NCBI GenBank assembly: GCA_035457525.1 | Contig: DATIBN010000033.1 | Location: forward strand, 1,061-65,060 | DNA length: 64,000 bases | From: Thermoanaerobaculia bacterium | GTDB lineage: Bacteria; Acidobacteriota; Thermoanaerobaculia; UBA5066; Gp7-AA6 | Direction: 5' to 3' | Shown here: positions 56,129 through 64,000 of the stretch, one piece after another | How the letters are laid out: each line of letters opens with the position of its first letter | Numbering within the stretch: the stretch's first letter is position 1 | Notes under the pieces: generated by a model | Told to the model about the DNA's origin: nothing | The model's database searches: none | The model's input: only the letters and a program-made list of their open reading frames with translations | Position numbers and translations under genes: made by a program

Positions 56129-56473
56129 CTAGGGCGACGGCTCGTGGCGCCAGTCCGTGCTCTTCAGGATGTCGCGGTAAACGCGCTCGGCGCCCGCGAG
56201 GATCCCGCGCAGTTCGTCAGTCAGGAGCTTCTCGATCTCGGGCAGCGACTCGGATCCGCCGAGGGGAACCGAGCACTCGACGACCGAGCGTCCGAGCGAG
56301 GCGAAGAACGGGGAGGGGCGCCTCGTCCAGTCGGATTCGTTGCGCCGGTGCTTGACCATGAGAAAGGCCGCCAGCCGGCGCTCGTCCCAGGGTTGCCGAA
56401 TCCGCCAGCTGAAGTTGGCCCGGGACGCCTTGTGCTGGATGTCGGGTTTCTCGTCGGCGAGAGCGATCGACAT
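56129..56473 (-). CDS. hypothetical protein (115 aa)
   Basis: C-terminal balanced-composition part of track ORF 56129..57364 (MSIALADEKPDIQHK...). Upstream of the DGQHR gene. Confidence 0.3.
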   Translation of the reverse strand: MSIALADEKPDIQHKASRANFSWRIRQPWDERRLAAFLMVKHRRNESDWTRRPSPFFASLGRSVVECSVPLGGSESLPEIEKLLTDELRGILAGAERVYRDILKSTDWRHEPSP

Positions 56474-56518
56474 TGAAGCGCCTTTGAGGATAGCATTTGC
56501 GACGATTCGACCGCCAGA

Positions 56519-57280
56519 ATGAGCCGAACCACCTCCACCGTCCTCCTCGGCGGCCTGTTCGTAGCTGCCCTCGCGGCGGCAGCCGGGCCGGCGGAACCCG
56601 AGGTCTATTCCTCCCACCTGATGGTGGATCAGGAAGTTACGGTCAGCGCCCGCATCACGGGGGTGATCGAGAAGATCAACGTCGACCGGGGGACCGTCGT
56701 GAAGCGGGGTCAGTCGCTCGCCCAGCTCGAGCTGCAGGAGTTCGAGCAGGGCGTCCGCGAGGCCAAGGAGGAAATGGAGCTGCGGAAAGTCGAGCTCGAG
56801 CGCGCGAAAGCGCTCTCCGCCGGCAACATCATGAGCAAGGCGGAGCTCGACGAGAAACGCGCCCGCTACGCCGTCGCTCAAGCCGCGTGGGAGAGGATGC
56901 GCGCGATCCGGGACTACGCCTTCATCCGGGCCCCTTTCGCCGGGGTCGTGACCGAGAAGTACGCGCGGGTGGGTCAAAAAGTCATCGACAACCAGAACGT
57001 GCCCTTGTTCAAGATCACCGCATTCGAGCCTCTGCTCGCGCGGGTCTACCTGCCGGAGCAGCGCCTGATGAGCGTCCGCCGGGGAGACCGGGTCGACGTC
57101 GTTCCGGACAAGTTCCCGAAGGCCCGGACCACGGGGGTCGTTCAGTACATCAGCCCGACGGTCGACGCGGCGAGCGGGACGTTCCAGGTGATCGTCCACG
57201 TCCGGCGCGACCCGACTCAGGCGGCCCTCCGGCCGGGCGTGGCGGTCAAGGTCCACTTCAACAACGCGGGCAGATCGTGA
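56519..57280 (+). CDS. HlyD-like membrane-fusion (periplasmic adaptor) protein, short form
   Basis: Signal/TM N-terminus. Coiled-coil and biotin-lipoyl-like beta-barrel motifs (AFIRAPFAGVV). Confidence 0.55.
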   Translation: MSRTTSTVLLGGLFVAALAAAAGPAEPEVYSSHLMVDQEVTVSARITGVIEKINVDRGTVVKRGQSLAQLELQEFEQGVREAKEEMELRKVELERAKALSAGNIMSKAELDEKRARYAVAQAAWERMRAIRDYAFIRAPFAGVVTEKYARVGQKVIDNQNVPLFKITAFEPLLARVYLPEQRLMSVRRGDRVDVVPDKFPKARTTGVVQYISPTVDAASGTFQVIVHVRRDPTQAALRPGVAVKVHFNNAGRS

Positions 57281-57284
57281 GGGT

Positions 57285-58058
57285 ATGAACGAGAAGGCGC
57301 CCCGCCGTTCCCGACGGCTCCGCTCGACCCTCGACCGCGTCCTCGTCCACGACATCAAGAACATGGGGTTCCGGCTGCAGCTGCTGCTGTCGAACCTGGA
57401 AGAAAACTACGGCGACCCGGAATTCAAGCGCTCCGTCGAGGAGCTCCTCCGGTCGACCGTGGATCGGATCGACGGGATCGTCGACCGTTTCTCGTCGCAC
57501 GACGAACCCGTCCTGATCAAGGTCCTCGTGGACCTGAACGGGATCGTCCGCGAGGTCGCGGAGGGGGAGACGCGCCGCGGCCTGCCGGTCCCCCCCGCGG
57601 TGCCGGGGAACCGGACTCTGTCGCTGGCCCTCGGCCCCATCCCGGAGATCTGGGGAGATCCGTACTACCTGACGGACGCCGTCAAGAGTCTGGTCGAGAA
57701 CGCCCTGGAGGCCGTCCCCCCGGAAGGCCGCGTTCTCGTACGCACCTACCGCGACGACGGGGCGAAGCGGCCCCGCGTGGTCGTCGAGATCATCGACAAC
57801 GGTCAGGGCATGACGCCCGAGTACGTCCGCGACCGGCTTTTCAAGCCGTTCCAGACGACGAAGCCGGACGGGGTGGGGCTCGGTCTCACGACCGCGAGCC
57901 AGATCGTCCACTTTCACGACGGCAAGTTCGCCGTCCTTTCCCGCCCGGGGGGCGGCACCGTCATCCGGATCGCGTTCCCGGCAGTCGCCCACCTGGAACG
58001 CGGCACGCCCACGCCGCCTCCGGTGTCTCCGGGCCCGGCGCCGACGGGGACCGGATGA
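57285..58058 (+). CDS. sensor histidine kinase (cytoplasmic, no obvious sensor domain)
   Basis: H-box LVHDIKN. N, G1 and G2 boxes (ENALEA, IIDNGQGM, GVGLGLT). Confidence 0.7.
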   Translation: MNEKAPRRSRRLRSTLDRVLVHDIKNMGFRLQLLLSNLEENYGDPEFKRSVEELLRSTVDRIDGIVDRFSSHDEPVLIKVLVDLNGIVREVAEGETRRGLPVPPAVPGNRTLSLALGPIPEIWGDPYYLTDAVKSLVENALEAVPPEGRVLVRTYRDDGAKRPRVVVEIIDNGQGMTPEYVRDRLFKPFQTTKPDGVGLGLTTASQIVHFHDGKFAVLSRPGGGTVIRIAFPAVAHLERGTPTPPPVSPGPAPTGTG

Positions 58059-59416
58059 CCTCGGCGGGCGCGCCCGGCTCGATCGTCATCGTCGAGGACG
58101 ATCCCGTCCTGCTCGATCAGCTGACCTGGGCTCTCAAGGGGAAGTTCGACGTGACGAGCGCGCGCGACGCGGGGGAGGCGCGCACCCTCTGCGAATCGGA
58201 CCCCGATCTCTATCTCTTCGACCTGAGGCTCCCTCCATCCGGCGAGATCGAGGAGGGCTTGAACCTGCTGGAAGCGGTCCGCCGCCGAAACCCGGACGCG
58301 ACCGTGATCATGATGTCGGGGGAGCAGGACCGGCACGGCGTCCTGCGCTCGATCGAGCTCGGGGCGTTCGACTTCTTCCGTAAGCCGGTCGACCCCGCAG
58401 AGCTCCTCGTCATCCTGCAGCGCGCCCTGGAGCGGCGGCGCCTGGTCGCGGAGAACCGGGAGCTCAAGGAGCAGGCACACCAGAAGCCCGAGACATTCGA
58501 TCAGCTCGTCGGGTCCAGCTCCGGAATGCGGCGCCTCTTCCGTCAGATCGAGAAGGTCGCGCCAAGCGACGCCACCGTGCTCCTCCAGGGGGAGAGCGGG
58601 ACCGGAAAGGAGCTCGTCGCCCACTCGATCCACGCCCGGAGCGCGCGCCGCGATCGGCCGTTCGTCGCGGTCAACGCTTCGGCGCTGCCCGAGTCGCTGG
58701 CGGAGGCCGAGCTCTTCGGGCACGAGAGGGGGGCGTTCACCGGGGCGGTCGCCTCCCGGCCGGGCCGGTTCGAGCTCGCCCACGGAGGCACGCTCTTCCT
58801 CGACGAAATCGCGACCCTCTCGTCGGCCGTCCAGGCCAAGCTCCTCCGCGCGATCGAGACGCGGCAGATCGAGCGCGTCGGAGGCCGCCGCAGCCAGCCC
58901 GTCGACTTCCGGCTGATCACGGCGACCAACGAGGACCTGGAGAAGCGGGTGGCGGACGGGACGTTCCGGGAGGACCTTTATTACCGGATCAACACGGTTC
59001 TCATCCGCATCCCTCCGCTGCGGGAGCGGGGGGACGACGTCGCGCTCCTGGCCGAACACTTCCTGGCGAAGTTCTGCAGGCGACACGGGAAGGGGGAACG
59101 GAAGCTCTCGGCGGCGGTCGTCGAGAGGCTCCGCGACCATCCCTGGAAGGGCAACGTCCGCGAGCTCGAGCACGTCGTCGAGAACCTCGTCCTCTTCGCC
59201 GAGCAGGATGAGATCGGCGAAGAGGACCTGCCCCGTGTCCTGCGCCAATCGAACGGCGCCGCCCGGGCGCCCTTCGCCAGGGCCGTCCAGGAGTTCGAGC
59301 GAAAGCTGCTGGCTGAAGCGATCCGGGAGGCGGGCGGCGTGAAGGCCGAGGCGGCCCGCCGGCTCGGCCTCGACGGGAACCAGATCAAGTACCTCTGCCG
59401 GAAATACCGGCTCTAG
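58055..59416 (+). CDS. sigma54-dependent response regulator (NtrC family enhancer-binding protein)
   Basis: REC domain (D at DLRLP). AAA+ domain with GESGTGKE Walker A and GAFTGA sigma54-contact motif. C-terminal HTH. Confidence 0.9.
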   Translation: MTSAGAPGSIVIVEDDPVLLDQLTWALKGKFDVTSARDAGEARTLCESDPDLYLFDLRLPPSGEIEEGLNLLEAVRRRNPDATVIMMSGEQDRHGVLRSIELGAFDFFRKPVDPAELLVILQRALERRRLVAENRELKEQAHQKPETFDQLVGSSSGMRRLFRQIEKVAPSDATVLLQGESGTGKELVAHSIHARSARRDRPFVAVNASALPESLAEAELFGHERGAFTGAVASRPGRFELAHGGTLFLDEIATLSSAVQAKLLRAIETRQIERVGGRRSQPVDFRLITATNEDLEKRVADGTFREDLYYRINTVLIRIPPLRERGDDVALLAEHFLAKFCRRHGKGERKLSAAVVERLRDHPWKGNVRELEHVVENLVLFAEQDEIGEEDLPRVLRQSNGAARAPFARAVQEFERKLLAEAIREAGGVKAEAARRLGLDGNQIKYLCRKYRL

Positions 59417-59550
59417 CGGATCGCCGGAGGATGGAAATTTCACCTCCGGTTCAAACTTTCATCCCGCCTCCGCGCCGCCGGCCGACCTTCTCAGAAACGT
59501 AAGTCACTTGATCCAGGCCTCTTGGCTCTCCGGCACGGATCCGGGGCACC

Positions 59551-59566
59551 TGGTCCCGCGTTTGCG
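59551..59566 (+). promoter_or_regulatory. putative sigma54 (-24/-12) promoter of repeat-protein gene 1
   Basis: TGGTCCcgcgtTTGCG, with GG-N10-GC spacing as in TGGCACG-N4-TTGCW. About 30 nt upstream of the AAGGAGAG SD and the ATG at 59598. Confidence 0.5.
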
Positions 59567-59597
59567 ATAGGTCGAGGACAAAGGAGAGCAAAGGCGC

Positions 59598-60002
59598 ATG
59601 GCAAAAGAAGTGAGAATCCAACTGACCCCCGAGCAGAAGGCCAAGATCAAGGCGGCCACCGGAAAGACCATGGGCGAGATCCGGGTGACCAGTCTGGGCA
59701 AGAACCTGGCCGTTTCACCCAGCCAGCAGACGACCAAGCTCGGCGCCCAGGACATGAGCATCGGCGCGCAGGACATGAGCATCGGCGCGCAGGACCTGAG
59801 CATCGGCGCCCAGGACATGAGCATCGGCGCGCAGGACCTCACCGCGCAGGACCTCACCGCGAAGGATCTCAGCGCGAAGGATCTCACGGCGAAAGACCTC
59901 ACCGCGAAGGACCTCACCGCGAAGGATCTCAGCGCGAAGGATCTCAGCGCGAAGGACCTCACGGCGAAGGATCTCACCGCGAAGGATCTCCGCCAGGCTT
60001 GA
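59598..60002 (+). CDS. small tandem-repeat protein (GAQDMSI x4, then AKDL[TS] x ~10)
   Basis: MAKEVRIQLTPEQKAKIKAATGKTMGEIRV N-terminal module, then low-complexity heptad and pentad repeats. Strong SD. Confidence 0.55.
   Translation: MAKEVRIQLTPEQKAKIKAATGKTMGEIRVTSLGKNLAVSPSQQTTKLGAQDMSIGAQDMSIGAQDLSIGAQDMSIGAQDLTAQDLTAKDLSAKDLTAKDLTAKDLTAKDLSAKDLSAKDLTAKDLTAKDLRQA
59741..59993 (+). repeat. coding tandem DNA repeats (21-bp x4, then 15-bp x ~10)
   Basis: Units gcgcgcaggacatgagcatcg and gcgaaggatctcacc with variants, read directly in the sequence. Confidence 0.7.
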
Positions 60003-60026
60003 CGTTCCGATTCTCTCGAAGCGAAA

Positions 60027-60049
60027 GCCCCGCACCCGCGGGGCTTTTT
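60027..60049 (+). terminator. intrinsic terminator
   Basis: gccccgc-accc-gcggggc followed by ttttt. Confidence 0.6.
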
Positions 60050-60071
60050 GTTTGGTCGATGCTGGCCTTCG

Positions 60072-60093
60072 ATCGTTGACTAATCGTTGACTA
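60072..60093. promoter_or_regulatory. perfect 11-bp tandem direct repeat ATCGTTGACTA x2 (possible enhancer/UAS)
   Basis: Located 115-135 bp upstream of the second sigma54-like -24 element, in an AT-richer tract. Confidence 0.3.
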
Positions 60094-60206
60094 AATCATC
60101 CAGGGCTCAGAAATTCAGCCATCCCGGGTGCCGTGGCTGGGCCGCAGCGGGGAGCTATCTCTCTGCAGGAGCGCGAGGTCGGGGGCGGGCCGGTCGGTTT
60201 GCGAAT

Positions 60207-60222
60207 TGGTCCCCGAATTGCG
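60207..60222 (+). promoter_or_regulatory. putative sigma54 (-24/-12) promoter of repeat-protein gene 2
   Basis: TGGTCCccgaaTTGCG. Both hexamer and pentamer are identical to the promoter at 59551, with identical spacing. Confidence 0.5.
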
Positions 60223-60254
60223 AGGAGTCTTCCGGAGGAAAGGAGGTGACACCG

Positions 60255-60539
60255 ATGGCCGAGAAAGAGGTGAAGGTCGAGCTGACGGAGGCCCAGAGGG
60301 AGAAGATTCGCGAGGCTCTCCCCGATGCCAGAGAGCTGTCCGCCCGGGACACCCGGATTGCGGCGCAGGATCTGAGGGCGCAGGACCTGAGCGCGAAGGA
60401 CACGAGCATCCAGGCCGAGGACCTGAGCGCGAAGGACACGAGCATCCAGGCGGAAGATCTCTCGGCGAAGGACTTGAGCGCGAAGGACACGAGCATCCAG
60501 TCGGAAGACCTGAGCTACGGCGACGACGAGTCCTTCTAA
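60255..60539 (+). CDS. small tandem-repeat protein, paralog 2 (AKDTSIQAEDLS repeats)
   Basis: MAEKEVKVELTEAQREKIREALPDARE N-terminus is paralogous to the 59598 gene. 30-nt repeat units x3. AAGGAGGTGA SD. Confidence 0.55.
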   Translation: MAEKEVKVELTEAQREKIREALPDARELSARDTRIAAQDLRAQDLSAKDTSIQAEDLSAKDTSIQAEDLSAKDLSAKDTSIQSEDLSYGDDESF

Positions 60540-60573
60540 CTCAGACGTCGATTCGCGTCCGAACCGACAGTTG

Positions 60574-60595
60574 GCCCCGCTTTGCGGGGCTTTTT
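60574..60595 (+). terminator. intrinsic terminator
   Basis: gccccgc-ttt-gcggggc followed by ttttt. Same stem sequence as the terminator at 60027. Confidence 0.6.
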
Positions 60596-60596
60596 C

Positions 60597-62651
60597 TCAC
60601 CAGAAGATCGTTCGCAGTCTCCGCCAGACGACGCTCCACGCCCGGGAGCCGTAGGACTCTCGACTCGACTTGATCTTGACGCGCGCCTGAGCCCCCGGCA
60701 GGAGGGTTCCGTCGGCGTTGTCGAAGAGCGCGAGAGCGACGAACTGGTCGGGGTGCCTCGGCGGGCCCGGCCGCTCGACGTTGGCGGTCGCCGTGACCGG
60801 TTGCTCGAGTGTCGCCGGCGAGATCGTCGAGACGCGGCCCGGCCAGGTCTTCATGGGGCTGGTCTGAATTTGAGCGCTGACCGGCGCACCGGGTTTCAGG
60901 TACTCCAGAAGTCTCTCGGAAACGGGAAGCTGCGCCACCATCTGACGGCAGTCCCCGACGCGAGCGAGAAGATATCCCTCCGTGACGAACCGTCCGGCCA
61001 GATCCCCCGTGCGGGGGGTCAAAACCCGTCCGTTGATCGGGCTTCGAACCAGGAGGTTCTCGTGGCGGATCTTCGAGCTCCGAAGGGCCGCTTCCGCCGA
61101 TGATCCGCGCTGGGTGGCCTGGAAGGCGCCGGCGGCATCGCCCGCCTGCCGGCTGCCGCTCGACTTCTTCGCAAATCTTTCCCGTTCCACCGTCCTTCGC
61201 TGGAGCTCCTCGTCAGCCGCGGAGCTCGAAACGCGAAAGAGAGGCTGTCCCTTGCGGACGTTCTCTCCCTCCCGAACGAACACTTCCTCAACCCGCCCAT
61301 CCTGCGGAGCGGCGAGCTGGACCTCGTTCACCGGCTTCATCAGGGCATCCGCCCGGATCGTCCGGCGAGACCAGGGCACGAGGAGAACGATAAGGAGAAG
61401 GGTCACGACCCCCGCGAGCGGGAGGCGGCTCCGAGGCGATTTCACCAGATCCTTCTTGTCCAGGTAGAAAAGCTTTCCGACGCGAATGGCGGTCCTCGCT
61501 TTCTTCCGGAAAATCTGGCTCAGAGTCACGATGAGAAGGACGACCCCGAAGTCGGGAAAGTATTTCGAATAGAAATTGTCGAAGAGCCGATAGATGACGA
61601 ACATTATCGTCGCGGTGTAGAGGATCGAGAGAATGCCGTAGATCCAGTACAGCCGGCGCTTCCGCCGCGTCGCCGCGGGGATCTCGACCGGCAGGCGCAG
61701 GATGTACTTCTGGATCCAGGCGCCGATCTGGGCCCACGCCGCTTCCCGTAGGTCGGGAAGCTTCAGGATGCTCGAGAGCGCATAGTAGCCGTCCACCTTG
61801 ATGAGGGGATTGATGTTGAAGAAGACCGCCGAGATTCCCGTGAAGAGCATCGTCTTGTAGGCGAGCTCGTTGACCAGCGTGTCCGGATAGGAAATCACCC
61901 ACAGCACCGTCGCCACGGCACAGATCGCCACCTCGCTGTATATCCCGGCGATCGTGACCCACAGCCTCTTGTTCTGGTTCGGAAACATGAAGGCGTCGGA
62001 GGTGTCGCAGTAGAACGCCGGGGTGAAATAGAAGAGCGCGAAGCCGATGTCGTGGCATTCACCTCCGTACTTCTTGAGCGCGTAGGCATGGGCGAACTCG
62101 TGGATCGCCCCGATGACGCTCAGGATGAAGAAGAAGTGCAAGATGTCCAGGAACGGCTTTCCGAGGAAGTGGTACAGGTCCATGGTTCCCGACCACAGGG
62201 GGCCCCAGTTCTGGGCGAAGATCCAGGCCGTCCAGAGCGACGCGATGAACGTTGCGATCGCAACGGGAGGAGACCAGATCCATCCGACGTACTTGATCGT
62301 GCGATTCAGGAACCGGTCCGGGTCCACGACGTGGAACATGATGAAGAACGGGTTGAATCCTTCGGCTTTCTCTTCTGCCTTCTTGTGCCGCAGGCTCTTG
62401 TATTTGTCGAGCAGGGTCAGGCTGCGCTCGGCGGCCGACTGCTCGATCAGATCCTTCTCGCGAAGGAACTCCTCGTATTCCAGAATCAGATCGAGCGTGA
62501 CCGGCGTGGTCAGTCTCCGATTGAGGGCTTCGAGAATCTCGGTTCGCGTCCGCGTGCCGTCGAAAAGTCGGATCACCTGCCAGTAAACGTCCTTGAACTG
62601 GTTGTACTTGAGCGTCGTCGGGTTCTTGACGATCCAGTTGACCTCGCCCAT
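60597..62651 (-). CDS. site-2-protease-like (peptidase M50) membrane domain fused to HlyD-like periplasmic adaptor domain
   Basis: IHEFAHAYAL (HExxH) and NINPLIKVDGYYAL (NxxPxxxxDG) S2P motifs in a polytopic core. C-terminal biotin-lipoyl/beta-barrel HlyD-like region (SPINGRVLTPRTGDLAGRFVTEG). The N-terminal part of track ORF 60597..63527 is artifact. Confidence 0.65.
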   Translation of the reverse strand: MGEVNWIVKNPTTLKYNQFKDVYWQVIRLFDGTRTRTEILEALNRRLTTPVTLDLILEYEEFLREKDLIEQSAAERSLTLLDKYKSLRHKKAEEKAEGFNPFFIMFHVVDPDRFLNRTIKYVGWIWSPPVAIATFIASLWTAWIFAQNWGPLWSGTMDLYHFLGKPFLDILHFFFILSVIGAIHEFAHAYALKKYGGECHDIGFALFYFTPAFYCDTSDAFMFPNQNKRLWVTIAGIYSEVAICAVATVLWVISYPDTLVNELAYKTMLFTGISAVFFNINPLIKVDGYYALSSILKLPDLREAAWAQIGAWIQKYILRLPVEIPAATRRKRRLYWIYGILSILYTATIMFVIYRLFDNFYSKYFPDFGVVLLIVTLSQIFRKKARTAIRVGKLFYLDKKDLVKSPRSRLPLAGVVTLLLIVLLVPWSRRTIRADALMKPVNEVQLAAPQDGRVEEVFVREGENVRKGQPLFRVSSSAADEELQRRTVERERFAKKSSGSRQAGDAAGAFQATQRGSSAEAALRSSKIRHENLLVRSPINGRVLTPRTGDLAGRFVTEGYLLARVGDCRQMVAQLPVSERLLEYLKPGAPVSAQIQTSPMKTWPGRVSTISPATLEQPVTATANVERPGPPRHPDQFVALALFDNADGTLLPGAQARVKIKSSRESYGSRAWSVVWRRLRTIFW

Positions 62652-62785
62652 CTGAACCTGGCGCAGGATGCCGAGGTCCTTTCGTAGCGCGGGTCGGACG
62701 TCCGGGGGGCCGTGGCGAGCCGCGAGAGCCCGGGCGGTTTCCTCCGGTCGGGCCGCCGAAAGGTACCGATGGGACCCGCGGATCG

Positions 62786-63985
62786 CTACGGAAGAATCGG
62801 CCAGATTCGTCTCCAGATCCACCGCACGGGCTTGCGGAAGATCGCCGTGATGAGAGGAACTTTGATCGTCGAGACCTTTGCCTTGCCGAGCATGCCGGTC
62901 TTGAGCCCGGTCGGGCTTTCGACCTGGACTTCGGCGATGACGAATCGCTCCTCGCCTTCCTGGCGCACGTGGGAGCCGGGACGCACGACCTTCCCGTGGA
63001 AGAGACGGGTCGGGTAGGGATTGAGTTTGAGGGCGACCCGCTCGCCGACTCGAACGAGGGCGGCATCCGCCTCGGGAACCGCGACCTCCGCCAGCACGCT
63101 CTCCACGTCTGCCACGACGCAAAGCTCCGTCCCCCGCGTCAGGAACTGGCCGACCCGCTCTTCGATGCGGGGCGTCACGATCACACCCGACGCCGGAGCC
63201 CGGATCTGTGTGTGGGCGAACCGGTCCTCTTCGAGATTGATTCGGGCTTCGAGCTCGTCCTTCCGGGACAACGCCTCGAACATCGCGGGCGCATCGCCGG
63301 CCTCTCGGTATCGCGACACTTCGCTGTCCGCGATCTGATAGTCCGCTCGCGCCTCCGCCAGCGCCGCCACGTAGTTGGACGCATCGAGGGTCGCGACGAG
63401 GTCTCCGGCCTTGACCTGGTCGCCCTCGCGCCGGACCACGGACCGGACGATGCCGTCCACCCCCGCCGTGACGGAGGCGCGTCGCCCCGGCGCGATCCGG
63501 GCCAGGCCCTCGACCCGAACCCTCCACGGGATCGCGATCAGGGCAAGGAGCAGGACGAGGGCGGCGAGGCCGAAGGTGAGACGGCGCCGCTTCGGAATCT
63601 CCAGGAATTTCCGACGCTGTTCCGCCAGGGGTTTCAGGAACCCGGGGAGGGGGACGTGACGGTAGAGCTGCGCATTGCGGACGGCGACGGTTGCCTGATT
63701 GACGAGGATAGCTGCCAGGTCCCGCAGTCCTTCATCGAATGCGAGCGGTTGCCGACTCTTGAAGGCGAGGACTCCCAGTTTTCCTTCATCATCGTTCAGC
63801 AGCAGTCCGTGGAAGGAACGGAATCCGGTCTGTTGAAAGAACGACCGGAATTTTTCCCGGGTCTCCGGACGGTCGGCCTGGATGTTCCCTTCGGCGTCCT
63901 GTATGACGACGACGTCCGCTCCCCCGAAATAGACCCACTCCAGGAGGTCCTCCGTCGCCTGCAGCTTTGGATCCTTCCGGTCCAT
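62786..63985 (-). CDS. HlyD-like membrane-fusion protein with N-terminal GAF-like region, probably 5'-truncated by the window edge
   Basis: GAF-like fragment (HGLLLNDDEGKLGVLAF), TM helix, then HlyD motifs (TQIRAPASGVIV). Upstream of and co-directional with the M50-HlyD gene. Confidence 0.6.
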   Translation of the reverse strand: MDRKDPKLQATEDLLEWVYFGGADVVVIQDAEGNIQADRPETREKFRSFFQQTGFRSFHGLLLNDDEGKLGVLAFKSRQPLAFDEGLRDLAAILVNQATVAVRNAQLYRHVPLPGFLKPLAEQRRKFLEIPKRRRLTFGLAALVLLLALIAIPWRVRVEGLARIAPGRRASVTAGVDGIVRSVVRREGDQVKAGDLVATLDASNYVAALAEARADYQIADSEVSRYREAGDAPAMFEALSRKDELEARINLEEDRFAHTQIRAPASGVIVTPRIEERVGQFLTRGTELCVVADVESVLAEVAVPEADAALVRVGERVALKLNPYPTRLFHGKVVRPGSHVRQEGEERFVIAEVQVESPTGLKTGMLGKAKVSTIKVPLITAIFRKPVRWIWRRIWPILP

Positions 63986-64000
63986 TTTCAGGGTTCCCGA

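Noticed and set aside
59741-59993. Possible CRISPR-like array suggested by regular short DNA repeats
   Set aside because: The repeats are contiguous with no spacers, lie in frame inside a gene with SD and terminator, and encode peptide repeats. There are no cas genes.

Overview
This is a high-GC (~68-70%) bacterial chromosomal window, densely coding on both strands. Many long ORFs in the track are high-GC frame artifacts, and the real genes sit in the other frames. Contents, in order: a Hyb-type [NiFe] uptake hydrogenase operon (hybOABCD arrangement), divergent from hypA-hypB, a small Rieske protein and a nickel transporter. Then stress, redox and regulator genes: OsmC-like, a radical-SAM-like protein, Crp/Fnr, a DUF1858-NnrS fusion, a P-type ATPase and UspA. 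Then acetate/alcohol metabolism genes: a GNAT-acetyl-CoA-synthetase (ADP-forming) fusion and a Zn-dependent ADH. The most striking region is a ~12.5 kb extracellular-electron-transfer island at 26.3-38.9 kb. It holds an MtrC/MtrA/MtrB-like porin-cytochrome conduit, a CbcL-like multiheme-c/dihaem-b fusion, an ImcH-like 7-heme inner-membrane cytochrome, and a Rieske/cytochrome-b/9-heme-cytochrome-c complex. Each of the three modules ends with a paralogous ~95-aa single-CxxCH secreted protein. Downstream are a sugar-type ABC transporter, AMP-forming Acs and bacterioferritin, then a small cluster of EAL, LOG, HtpX, LemA and a DGQHR-domain protein. The window ends with an orphan HK plus NtrC-type sigma54 activator, followed by two paralogous tandem-repeat small proteins. 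Each of these has a near-identical -24/-12 sigma54-like promoter. They converge on a site-2-protease (M50)-HlyD fusion and a second HlyD-like protein. At the DNA level there are five copies of an 18-bp palindrome YTGATG-N6-CATCAR in 5' and divergent regions, a probable regulon operator with CRP-like 5-N6-5 geometry. A GC-rich hairpin repeat family is present in two copies, one split by a ~100-bp MITE-like palindromic insertion. No rRNA, tRNA, CRISPR, transposase or integrase genes were recognised.
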